DNA from: a virus
Strand: one strand, 5' to 3'
Length of the DNA stretch: 64,000 nucleotides
IMG/VR virus record: IMGVR_UViG_3300031707_000005
Coordinates: 20,624-84,623 of that record
A program made the translations under genes and the position numbers. Under the pieces are notes generated by a model. The model searched no databases, was not told the origin of the DNA, and was given only the letters and a program-made list of their open reading frames with translations. Of this stretch, positions 38,201 through 46,202 are shown piece after piece (position 1 is the first letter of the stretch; each line of letters opens with the position of its first letter).

Positions 38201-39219
38201 TTCCAAATTTCACGAGCTTTGTAGTTATGAACTACTTTTCCACTCTTACGCTCACGAGTTTGCCATGAACCGTCATCGAGCATGGTTTGCATAAACGCGT
38301 CAGGAACAGATACAGAGTGATTTGCGTTCTGATATGGAACTATTTTGTATGCACCATTCGGGTCGTCATACTCTGCAGAATAACCAATAGAAACAAGATC
38401 ATGAGCAAGCTTCTCCGACCACGACTTGCAACGAATGAAACCGGGACGACCATCACGTGTTTCAAGAATGTCAGGATGATCCATATCCATAACAACCATC
38501 TTCGCTGCGTTTCTCGTAGCACCACCCGATTTCATCGCACCAGCGTATGAATTATTCCCCTGCATCCAAGACATCGGACCAGAAGTATACGAACCAGCAG
38601 AAATCTTTTCATAAGAAGAACGGAGATTTGATAAATTAGCACCGGAGCCGGATCCACCACGGAAAATGGTAAGCTCTGACGTCTGAAAACGCATAATGTC
38701 ATCAAGAGAATCTTCAACACCAGAAATGAAACAAGCCGAAGCTGCTTGTTTACGACCTTCAACACCAAGGTTAAACCAAACCGGAGAATTAAATGCTCCG
38801 TATTGATGCAAAAGAGCATGAATAAGCTCTTCTTCAAATACTTGAGCATCAATTTCAGTATTGAAAAAGTTCTGTTCTTCCGCCCAATTTCGAATGGCAC
38901 AACAAACACGAGTAAACATTTGCTTTACTGATGTTTCACGAACACCATTAACAACACGAAGATATTTATCTGCTACAACATTTACGTTATTTTGAGTCCA
39001 CCAAGCAGGAACCTCAATATTCTTTTGTTCGAAAACAATCTCACCTTTACCATTACGAATACAGGCATCAGCAGTCTTCCATTCAACTTGGTCAAACGGA
39101 TGAGATCCTTCTGAGGTAAATACACGAGGCCAATGACCCGCATCGCGTGATATCAAGTCCTTAGTGGAGTGAGCCCTAAGGTTTACTACTGGTGCGGATA
39201 TAGCCTCAGTGTTTGACAT
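35203..39219 (-). CDS. nrdJ: Class II (B12-dependent) ribonucleotide reductase with intein
   Basis: FNSPVWFN, SACFI, KSGGATRNAAKM, SNP|intein|CSEF, CNL, APLGTIS, SKTVN, YRD, C-terminal CARCG...CSSCG. Confidence 0.93.
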   Translation of the reverse strand: MSNTEAISAPVVNLRAHSTKDLISRDAGHWPRVFTSEGSHPFDQVEWKTADACIRNGKGEIVFEQKNIEVPAWWTQNNVNVVADKYLRVVNGVRETSVKQMFTRVCCAIRNWAEEQNFFNTEIDAQVFEEELIHALLHQYGAFNSPVWFNLGVEGRKQAASACFISGVEDSLDDIMRFQTSELTIFRGGSGSGANLSNLRSSYEKISAGSYTSGPMSWMQGNNSYAGAMKSGGATRNAAKMVVMDMDHPDILETRDGRPGFIRCKSWSEKLAHDLVSIGYSAEYDDPNGAYKIVPYQNANHSVSVPDAFMQTMLDDGSWQTRERKSGKVVHNYKAREIWKEVADAAWRCGDPGVQFSDNINKWHTTPKNGKIRASNPCFHPDTRIATELGLVRIEDLCAEFESSGCSSKFLTLVQTPDGPVLKAATVFPTGVKNVVEVHTRRGRILKVTPDHRLMTTDGWVEASDLTEDSVLCLQAGVGAYSTESSGLDLMWHKIAGWIVGDGWILKALPCRNTHEVGLVFGKDDKDAMDKILAFFRDQDIPFSQKYQNGSVGESPDYIRIHRKAIWESMLVWACEPGSKAPTKKVMDAVFRSTVQEQLAFLAGLFSADGTFNIQPKKNVDARFSSTSLELLRGVQDLLLNLGVNSTLYKDRRPNDKPTFSYTTVSGETRTYFSKEKTNDLVITGQSLKTFRNLMKSIGLLSDRKQARFSDIPDSINHNGRDKWTDDVVRVINNGEIVPVYDITEPETSSLIANGIVAHNCSEFLHVDNTACNLCAINLTKFFDGRKFVPERFTQATRIFSTAQMAIVAKAAYPTDEIGSNSIKLRPIGTNYGDLGALVMNLGYGYDSDEGRAVAARMASLMTGIVYLTSAKLAARVGAFSEFEKNREDMLRVMRMHQEADAKIIERWHLPKDPVNDDVVSLSAEVWKEAISLGEKYGYNISQATLQAPLGTISFLMGMNTTGIEPAFSLVSYKSLVGGGVMKLINFGVREALVNLGYSTDEVAEICNHVESNDTIEGAPGLKDEHIHVFDTAMPAGPSARYLSPMAHVKMMAAIQPLITCAMSKTVNLPESVTSDEIAKIYEESWRLGLKCIALYRDKCKASQPLTTKDSKDSLQAALKAVDMNIREVVREIQVPVVRREKMPNDVKSWRHKFEIDGYKGYLIVSEYPDGRPGEIFLKLGKPGSTVSGLIDGFTQLCSIAIQYGIPLPKLISSFIDTRFEPAGMTTNKKVRFAKSLYDYMFKVLDVHYYNGEHSGLSNRSDESDNDVNESIAKDEVSDQYHSSPPSIPPPPLHSTDATIKTPRKNLGGPPCARCGNITQRNGSCYLCSSCGTTTGCS
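36940..38088 (-). mobile_element. Intein (383 aa) with LAGLIDADG endonuclease at the RNR catalytic Cys
   Basis: CFHPDTRIAT...IAGWIVGDGW...FLAGLFSADG...VYDITEPETSSLIANGIVAHN|C. Confidence 0.93.
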
Positions 39220-40135
39220 TCTTCACCTCCTCAGACATTCGAATAATTTCAGACTCTAAACCAAAACGAGCCGATTCATCACCGCGCTTATGCGCGACAT
39301 CTAAATCGCAAAGAGTATGGAAACTAACCATTAAAGACTTCCTAGACCACAGACCACATCTTGTAGATATAAACTTTTTGAAAACGAACGGATGAACACC
39401 GAGAAGTTCAGCTGCGCGATCATCTGAAAGTTTACGTTCAAGTGCTTCTTCAAGTTTAAGTTGTTGCAATACGTGACGTTGCATGTACGCAATAATCCAT
39501 CCAGTTTCTTCAGCTCGATCTTGTAACTTGTCATAGTAAGCAAGGGCCCTGACTGTATGTCCATCACATACAGCATCTATAACTTCACGCGGACTGATCT
39601 CCGCAGAGAAAATTATGAGAGAACGGGCTTCTTCTGGAGAAACAACGGTACCTGGAGAGGTTGCTGCGGCAAGTTTTTCAATTTCTGAATGAAGCTTACG
39701 CAGACACGTTCCTGAGTTCACAAAAAGAGCACCCGCAATCCTGCTTAGATCTATGTTAAAAGACTGGCCCTCTTTTAGAATCCACTTAGTTACTTCGTTA
39801 TTGTTACTGAATGACTTTAACTTCGGAAAAACAAGAGAACGCTTCGCTCTTTTATCTTGAAGTACACGCTTTCCTGAAGGAGAAACACATATAAGTGTAT
39901 CTATACCGGACTCAGGAAGATTTGGTATTTCTTTTACGTCCCAAAGGATAAAAACACGTGATATACCGGACATCAGCGGTACTTGTGAATCGTATGAATA
40001 CGATTCAAGTCCTTCAGGAAGAGTATATTCAATAACTTCAGAAGCTAGTGATGAAGCTGCTTCTTGTCTTGCTGCTCTCTCCATCAAGAAGTCTTCTTCG
40101 CCACTGATAAGAATGAGAGAGGACATGAGTATCAA
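39206..40135 (-). CDS. holA: Clamp loader delta subunit
   Basis: LILISGEEDFLMER, LHSEIEKL, LGVHPFVFKK, LCDLDVAHKRG. Confidence 0.82.
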   Translation of the reverse strand: MILMSSLILISGEEDFLMERAARQEAASSLASEVIEYTLPEGLESYSYDSQVPLMSGISRVFILWDVKEIPNLPESGIDTLICVSPSGKRVLQDKRAKRSLVFPKLKSFSNNNEVTKWILKEGQSFNIDLSRIAGALFVNSGTCLRKLHSEIEKLAAATSPGTVVSPEEARSLIIFSAEISPREVIDAVCDGHTVRALAYYDKLQDRAEETGWIIAYMQRHVLQQLKLEEALERKLSDDRAAELLGVHPFVFKKFISTRCGLWSRKSLMVSFHTLCDLDVAHKRGDESARFGLESEIIRMSEEVKNVKH

Positions 40136-40136
40136 A

Positions 40137-40940
40137 TTACATTAAGAGGTCGGAAACCATTCTCATCCAATGAACATCAGTATTGGCAGAAGTAGAATTA
40201 GATAAAACACTACAAAATTTAAGAATTGGAATCGATATAGACTTATTGAAAAAATATGGTTTACAAGCACAGCGAATCGTATGAATAACAGCATCACGAG
40301 TAAGACTATATCCATTTTCAAGATCGGATATTACTTTCGGTGGCTTTGAAAAAATAGACAGATCACGCTTTGCTGCAGAAATTATAGAGTTGTGAAGTTC
40401 TTCAAAACCACCGGTTTCCACAATTAGTTTATATAACTCCGGAAGACCACATGCCATCACAAGAATGTCGTTAGACACAGGAACGACGAGAGATGAAGCA
40501 TATTCTCGCATTTCGTCCATAGAAAGTGGTGTAAATCTGATTTCTGCACGGATTCTAGAAGACAGAGCTGGTTGTAAAAGGCCGACATCGTACGCAATAA
40601 GTACGATGACTACAGAATCAGGAGGAGACTCAGACAACTTCAAGAGAGCATCCTGCGCTGGTTCAGAAAGACGATCAGCATCGTCTACGAGAATAACTTT
40701 TACTAGACCACCAACCGGCTCAGTACGGGCAAATTCAACAACTTCTCGAGCTCCGTCGATACCGGATCCCATTTCCATGAAATCCGATTCATGGAAATCT
40801 CTTGAGAGAAGTACTTTAATAGAAGTACTTTGACACAAAAAACGAGAACCAGTAATAGCAATGACCGACGGATTATTCGGGTTTTTCCTCAACAGAAAAC
40901 TCTGGAGGCAGGATAGCTGGTTGTTGTTCCCCCGGTTCAT
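40137..40940 (-). CDS. holB: Clamp loader delta' subunit
   Basis: GIDGAREV, KVILVDDADRLSEPAQDALLKLSESPP, LQPALSSR; degenerate Walker A. Confidence 0.8.
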   Translation of the reverse strand: MNRGNNNQLSCLQSFLLRKNPNNPSVIAITGSRFLCQSTSIKVLLSRDFHESDFMEMGSGIDGAREVVEFARTEPVGGLVKVILVDDADRLSEPAQDALLKLSESPPDSVVIVLIAYDVGLLQPALSSRIRAEIRFTPLSMDEMREYASSLVVPVSNDILVMACGLPELYKLIVETGGFEELHNSIISAAKRDLSIFSKPPKVISDLENGYSLTRDAVIHTIRCACKPYFFNKSISIPILKFCSVLSNSTSANTDVHWMRMVSDLLM

Positions 40941-41076
40941 TTTGAAGTAAAGGTCCCGACACCTTTATAATGGCAACACTAACTGAAAATATACATCTAC
41001 AAGTTGCACACAGAAAATAATTAAATCGACCTGTAGCTTGTAAACTTGAACCGTCGTCAGGGCAGTAGAAAATCAT
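40873..41076 (-). CDS. Small Zn-ribbon protein
   Basis: CPDDG...CATC. Confidence 0.5.
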   Translation of the reverse strand: MIFYCPDDGSSLQATGRFNYFLCATCRCIFSVSVAIIKVSGPLLQNEPGEQQPAILPPEFSVEEKPE

Positions 41077-41267
41077 ATATTCAAACTACCACCAACCGGA
41101 ACTGTCCAAACGTGCTGACATAATTTACAACGAAGCTGTACATATGAAGACCCATCAGGAGTGAGTTTCTCAGCTTGCATCCCTTGGCAGGCTTGCCCGC
41201 GAGTCGCAGCGTCATTTCCACGACGACACTTCATGTGGACCACAGGGTTTTCAGTTTTTTCAGTCAT
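41073..41267 (-). CDS. Small Zn-ribbon protein
   Basis: KCRRG...C...CKLCQHVW; GGAG SD. Confidence 0.65.
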   Translation of the reverse strand: MTEKTENPVVHMKCRRGNDAATRGQACQGMQAEKLTPDGSSYVQLRCKLCQHVWTVPVGGSLNI

Positions 41268-41269
41268 AT

Positions 41270-41632
41270 CTATCTCCCGGAAAACTCTACCCGGAGATAA
41301 GCAGCAATGCGTTTTTTCAGGTCTTGTATAGGTTCAGATGAAAAAGCAGAGATCCGTCCGGGGCCATGTTTATTTTGAGAAAAAGCAATAGCGATTCGTC
41401 TACATATGATGAAGTCTTCTTCACGAAGAACGAATCGTTTCTCGAAGTATAATGGGAGAAATACATGAATATTTTCAGCGCCGTTCGGACCTGAAGCAAC
41501 GGCGTAAGAAATTGAATACTGGCCGGAAATGAGTCCGACAACTACATCAGGGTAGTCTCTGATGATCGCATCCATCGGAATTGGTCGATCAAGATGACCT
41601 TTTACAACCCTATTTGCACGAGTTCCGTCCAC
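41270..41632 (-). CDS. Hypothetical protein
   Basis: 120-aa ORF in operon. Confidence 0.65.
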   Translation of the reverse strand: MDGTRANRVVKGHLDRPIPMDAIIRDYPDVVVGLISGQYSISYAVASGPNGAENIHVFLPLYFEKRFVLREEDFIICRRIAIAFSQNKHGPGRISAFSSEPIQDLKKRIAAYLRVEFSGR

Positions 41633-41633
41633 A

Positions 41634-43088
41634 TCACCATCCGTGATTGACAGAAGCTATCCTCGCAGCAATTCCGAGAATGGATGCCTGTCGAGAGCTA
41701 GCAGTTTCTTGCTTACGCTTCTCTCTAAGACTCTTCGTTGTCTTAGCTGAACCTTCAGGGTTCTCACTTGATGGGATAGTATCAACGTCAATCCCCTGTC
41801 CCTTGAGTTTTTTAACAAGAGACTCGTAGGTCTTCTTATCCTTATCAGAGATCGTCCCTTGTTCAGTTTCCCATTTAAGGCGAGAAATTTTTCGCTCATC
41901 AATACCGCGTTGATAGGACTCTTTCTCGGATTCTTTCTTCATTTCAAGGGCTTCAACATCACCCTCAGTTGTATCACTAAAGAAAGTGTCGTAAAGAACC
42001 TGTTGTTGTGCGGGAGATAGAACGTTCTCAACGAAATCTGTTATCTTAGTGAGAAGCTTTTTTCTCGTATCTCCAACAAATCCGGACCAACGCTTTTCAT
42101 TCTTCTCAACAATGGCTTTTCCAGCCTCGGATTCAGAAAGCTTTTCTTTAAGCTTCGAGGCTTGTTTCATATTCTCTTTAATATCAGAACCGAAGCCACC
42201 TTCGTCTTCATAAAAGATGAGATCAAAAAGAGCAACTTCTTCCGGAGAAAAAGTCTCACGAAGATTCGGAACTTCGTCTTCGAGCAAATCCATGAATTCT
42301 TTAATAGCAGCTTGATCATCAAGCGCACGGCCTAAAGAACTCTCCGGATTGGTCGGCATTCTGCCTTCACCACCAGAAGGATCCCCACCTTCTTCACCTC
42401 TAGTCCCGAACGCTTCATCAATACTCTTAGTCTTTTGACTTTTCCAACCAGCCTTCGGGATAGGCTTAATGGTCGAAATATCGGTACCATCATACTCGAG
42501 GGTTTCCTCGAGTTGTTTCATTCGCTTGTCGTCATCAGGGCCCCATTTTTTAATATGGGTCTTACCTTCGTCTGTATCAAGAAGACGAGATTTTTGTTTC
42601 CCATCACCAACAAGATTCTGATTCTGTTTTCTGAAAAGAAGTTCGCCGTACTCTTCAGCCGGGTCTTTCTTTGATCTAAAACGAGACATCGACTGAGACA
42701 TGGCAGTCGTTTTAACGTTATTTAATATATTATTGAGAGCCTGTTTCCATGTTTTGGCTCCCGGGGAGCCTTTTTTCGTAGGACCACGGAAGTCAAATTC
42801 CGGTCTGTCCTTCCGACCAACGATCTTAATCATGAAGTTTTGAACGGCGTCTAAAGCCTCTGCATAGTCTCCCTGCAGTTCCTTTTTGGCCTTACTGACC
42901 ATCATATTACCGATCTGAGTGCCGTTCAGGTCTATTTCCCCGGCTTGATCAGGGTACTGACGTTTCAGAATTTCAAGGATATGCCGTCCTAGAGATGTCT
43001 CTATGTCTGCAGCAAGACGCAGCATAGCATAAATCAAACGGACTGACGCAGATATATGGGTATTGGCGACTTTAGTGGTCATCGCCAT
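41634..43088 (-). CDS. Divergent sigma-like protein bearing head-protein motifs
   Basis: EALDAVQNFMIK and KQALNNILNNVKTTAMS are region-2-like; PNLRETFSPEEVALFDLIF is region-4.1-like; termini carry KVA, RLA and IAARIAS. Confidence 0.45.
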   Translation of the reverse strand: MAMTTKVANTHISASVRLIYAMLRLAADIETSLGRHILEILKRQYPDQAGEIDLNGTQIGNMMVSKAKKELQGDYAEALDAVQNFMIKIVGRKDRPEFDFRGPTKKGSPGAKTWKQALNNILNNVKTTAMSQSMSRFRSKKDPAEEYGELLFRKQNQNLVGDGKQKSRLLDTDEGKTHIKKWGPDDDKRMKQLEETLEYDGTDISTIKPIPKAGWKSQKTKSIDEAFGTRGEEGGDPSGGEGRMPTNPESSLGRALDDQAAIKEFMDLLEDEVPNLRETFSPEEVALFDLIFYEDEGGFGSDIKENMKQASKLKEKLSESEAGKAIVEKNEKRWSGFVGDTRKKLLTKITDFVENVLSPAQQQVLYDTFFSDTTEGDVEALEMKKESEKESYQRGIDERKISRLKWETEQGTISDKDKKTYESLVKKLKGQGIDVDTIPSSENPEGSAKTTKSLREKRKQETASSRQASILGIAARIASVNHGW

Positions 43089-43110
43089 GAATAGGGCACA
43101 AAGGGCTTAT

Positions 43111-44574
43111 TCAGTTGGAATATACGTCGGAAGTAGAACTAAGGATGGACGCACGGTTAATGGCGGATAGAACACGGTCTTCCGACATACCATAACGTAA
43201 AGAAACCTCAGAAACGCTGAATCCAGACATACGTAAAAAGTCAAAGAAATATGCACGAGCAATGATAGCAGAACCAAGACATACTCGCGGAGATAACATG
43301 TCGGAGACAGAACAACCATATCTCTCCGATATTTTAGATGCCATTGCCGTAATTATATCCGGACCGGCCCCACCGGCTCGAAGTTTCTTCAGTGCTGACT
43401 GACGAATCCGGTGAATTTTCTGAATTGGTTTACCGAGTTCGTTAGACATTTCACGAATTGAAATATCCTCAAGGTCAATCTTGGTGATAACCAACGATTC
43501 TTCTTCAGTCAATTCGCACGCTTTAACCATCCGTTCGAGGTCGTGTATATCTTCCGTTTCTTGAAACTTTTTAAAAGAAGAAACGTCACATAGTATGCGA
43601 GTTTTTCCTTCTTCAGTCGTATCATCAGTCTCCCAGGAGACTTGATCCTTATCGGAAAGCTCAGGAGACTTACCGTTATTGAAAACCATTGAATGAATGT
43701 CATTTGAACGAGACATTCGTTTGAAGTCGTTTACAACTTCATTATCGATTATTTTCTCGGCATATTTCAGAAGTCCAGCATCAATGCCATGTTTACGATC
43801 AGTTCGCATGATGTAAAGAGGAGTGTTCTTGACTTTATTCGTTTGATGCCAACCGCGTAAGAACGGTTTGAGTTGAGAGTCATTCCAACGAAGTTTTGAC
43901 GCTGCAACAGCAACGGACGGGTCCCCCCAGTTATTTGCAAGGGAAAGACGGCGTGATGCTAAGATAGAACGACCATGATCGCATTCAAGGCAACCACCAC
44001 CGATGCAAACATGCTCAGTAAACTCAGCGGGTTTAATACGACCCTGGCGATACATTGATTGAAGAAGAGTATACTGAGTTTCCGGATAACCGAGCAAACG
44101 TAAAAACTTACCGGAGTCTATCGTATGATTTTGAGGAGAATAGTAGTATCTCTCATGATCAAATTTCGCAAATTCAAGAATGTCAGATACACGCCACAAT
44201 GAATTTGCGCAAGAACGCAAACAACCACGGTCTTGATCATGGCGACGAACACAAGCCTTGTTCGTACATAAACCATTCGGAATGTCGACCGGAAAAATAC
44301 TTCCGATATATACAATCGATACTTCGCCAAGAATTCTCTCAGCTTGAGACCGATCAACAAGTTCATCAGATAGGTGTTTGAAAAACCACCGACCAATGAA
44401 ATCTTTTGAAAGGAGGCGGAGCCGCACATTCTGCGCGGTGTCTAACGCTCTCTCTTTATCCCGTTTAAAATGCCGAACAACTTTGGCATAAGTCCAGTTA
44501 TACCATTGTTGGGTAAACGACTTATTCGTAGGGATGACTATGCTGACGTACGCGCGCTTCATCAGTTTCTCCAT
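43111..44574 (-). CDS. Sigma70/ECF-like factor with large insertion and C-terminal DnaA domain IV-like HTH
   Basis: RALDTAQNVRLRLL, LKYAEKIIDNEVVNDFKR, LTEEESLVI...ISIREMSNELGKPIQKIHRIRQSALKKLR, then ISERYGCSVSDMLSPR...IIARAYFFDFLR..GFSVSEV...GMSEDRVLSAINR. Confidence 0.7.
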   Translation of the reverse strand: MEKLMKRAYVSIVIPTNKSFTQQWYNWTYAKVVRHFKRDKERALDTAQNVRLRLLSKDFIGRWFFKHLSDELVDRSQAERILGEVSIVYIGSIFPVDIPNGLCTNKACVRRHDQDRGCLRSCANSLWRVSDILEFAKFDHERYYYSPQNHTIDSGKFLRLLGYPETQYTLLQSMYRQGRIKPAEFTEHVCIGGGCLECDHGRSILASRRLSLANNWGDPSVAVAASKLRWNDSQLKPFLRGWHQTNKVKNTPLYIMRTDRKHGIDAGLLKYAEKIIDNEVVNDFKRMSRSNDIHSMVFNNGKSPELSDKDQVSWETDDTTEEGKTRILCDVSSFKKFQETEDIHDLERMVKACELTEEESLVITKIDLEDISIREMSNELGKPIQKIHRIRQSALKKLRAGGAGPDIITAMASKISERYGCSVSDMLSPRVCLGSAIIARAYFFDFLRMSGFSVSEVSLRYGMSEDRVLSAINRASILSSTSDVYSN

Positions 44575-44692
44575 GCGCCGGTTGTCCCAGCGACTAGCGG
44601 AGTTGAACTACTAGAATAACGGAAAATCCGTTACCCACCAGTCACACTACCACAAAAGATCAAAAAACACAAGGCTTTTGAGACTCAAGACA

Positions 44693-44956
44693 TTACTTCA
44701 CCGTTGGTTCGATTTCCAAATATTGAGTAAAGCCCGCAAGCCCGGGTCTAGACCCATATTTAAGAATACGTCTTTTAATTAAGTAAGGACCCTCAATTAT
44801 TCTCGAGCGCTTCGTTACCTTATCTCTAACAGTCATTTGTTCAAAGACAATCTCGGAACCGGGAGAAAGGATAGGTGTAAGCCCAACCCTAAATTCAAGG
44901 TGTGCCGGGAGATCCGTGAAAACGATAACTGTTCTTACCCCACACATCCCATTCAC
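44693..44956 (-). CDS. Hypothetical protein
   Basis: 87-aa ORF with plausible composition. Confidence 0.55.
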   Translation of the reverse strand: MNGMCGVRTVIVFTDLPAHLEFRVGLTPILSPGSEIVFEQMTVRDKVTKRSRIIEGPYLIKRRILKYGSRPGLAGFTQYLEIEPTVK

Positions 44957-45403
44957 CGGGTCCGTAAATGACCCCTTATTCCTATCAAGCTACTCTTCAT
45001 GACTCGCCTCCACATCTGACTCCGTCTCCGACTCTGTCTCTATCTCTGCTAACTCTGCTTCGCTACGTTGTGTAAAAACAAGAACGGGATCGAAAAAAGA
45101 AAAAGAAAAGATCAGATCTTTCAACTAAGAAGCTTACGGATTAACCGGGCGGACTTAGTTCTGAGAGTATACCCATGCACAAGAGCTTGTAAGGTATATC
45201 CCATACTTTTTCTTCGAATCTTCCTGGAACACGCCGCTGATCTTTACTTCTAGATTCGGGGACGAAACACTTCTGACAGCTCTTGAAGTGTTCCTCCTCG
45301 CCAGACCTCTATAACGATATATTGTCATGTATGGTCTGCAGTCCGCGTTCTTGTGAGCAAACTCTACAGTTAAAACTTAAAATGAGATCGATATAGTTCC
45401 AAG

Positions 45404-46150
45404 ATGATAAAGGCAACGAAAACGCCTAGGAAGACAAAGAAGGCTCCAGAGCTACCTAACGACGTCGAAATCAAAGAGGCGGTAGAGAAATGTATCAAGA
45501 GAATCGCGGGACCGGTTGAAGCATCATATTTACGCGTATGGCTTTTGGAAGTGGTCCGGAACAATGCTATCCCGATAAGCCTTCTTGAGTATCTTCCAGT
45601 CCCAGCAGCGGAAGTTGGAAAAACAAGATTTGATCAGTTATATGACGCTTCCATGGCTCTAGTATACCCCGGTTATTCGAAAGAAACGCTTGAAAGACTT
45701 CTAGGGCCTTCACCAAAAAAAGGCATCAAAATATGGAGGGTAATTCTTCCAGAAAAATTCAAGATAGCTCATGTCTTAATACGGGCAGAAAGTTTTCAAA
45801 AAGCGTTTGCTTTAGGGTGTGATTATACGTGTAGGATGTCTCTCCGCTTATACGGGAAGATACCGACTGATGTGACCATAAGAGTGATCTATATGACCGA
45901 AAGAGCTTTAAGAAGATATCTAGATTTAAAGTGGGCGAATAGAACATCACGTCGTAGAAAATTTAAACTCGAGGGTAGAGAAATAACGCAAAGGCAGATA
46001 AACGGGGTTCGTTTGTTTGCTCTCGGTTCTACGAAAAGTCCTTTGTATAGTGTGGCCAGATATTGTGAGAAAAAAGATTTGGACCGTGTAAGAAAATCAA
46101 AAGGACTTTCACGAGAGTCGTCTGTGGAGACCGAATCTAGGCAAGCGTAA
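45404..46150 (+). CDS. Basic hypothetical protein
   Basis: 248-aa ORF; TATAGT 6 nt before the ATG. Confidence 0.7.
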   Translation: MIKATKTPRKTKKAPELPNDVEIKEAVEKCIKRIAGPVEASYLRVWLLEVVRNNAIPISLLEYLPVPAAEVGKTRFDQLYDASMALVYPGYSKETLERLLGPSPKKGIKIWRVILPEKFKIAHVLIRAESFQKAFALGCDYTCRMSLRLYGKIPTDVTIRVIYMTERALRRYLDLKWANRTSRRRKFKLEGREITQRQINGVRLFALGSTKSPLYSVARYCEKKDLDRVRKSKGLSRESSVETESRQA

Positions 46151-46202
46151 GTTATGGGTAAGTCTAGTACGGACTGTAAATAATTTAAGACTGGAGACTA
46201 AA

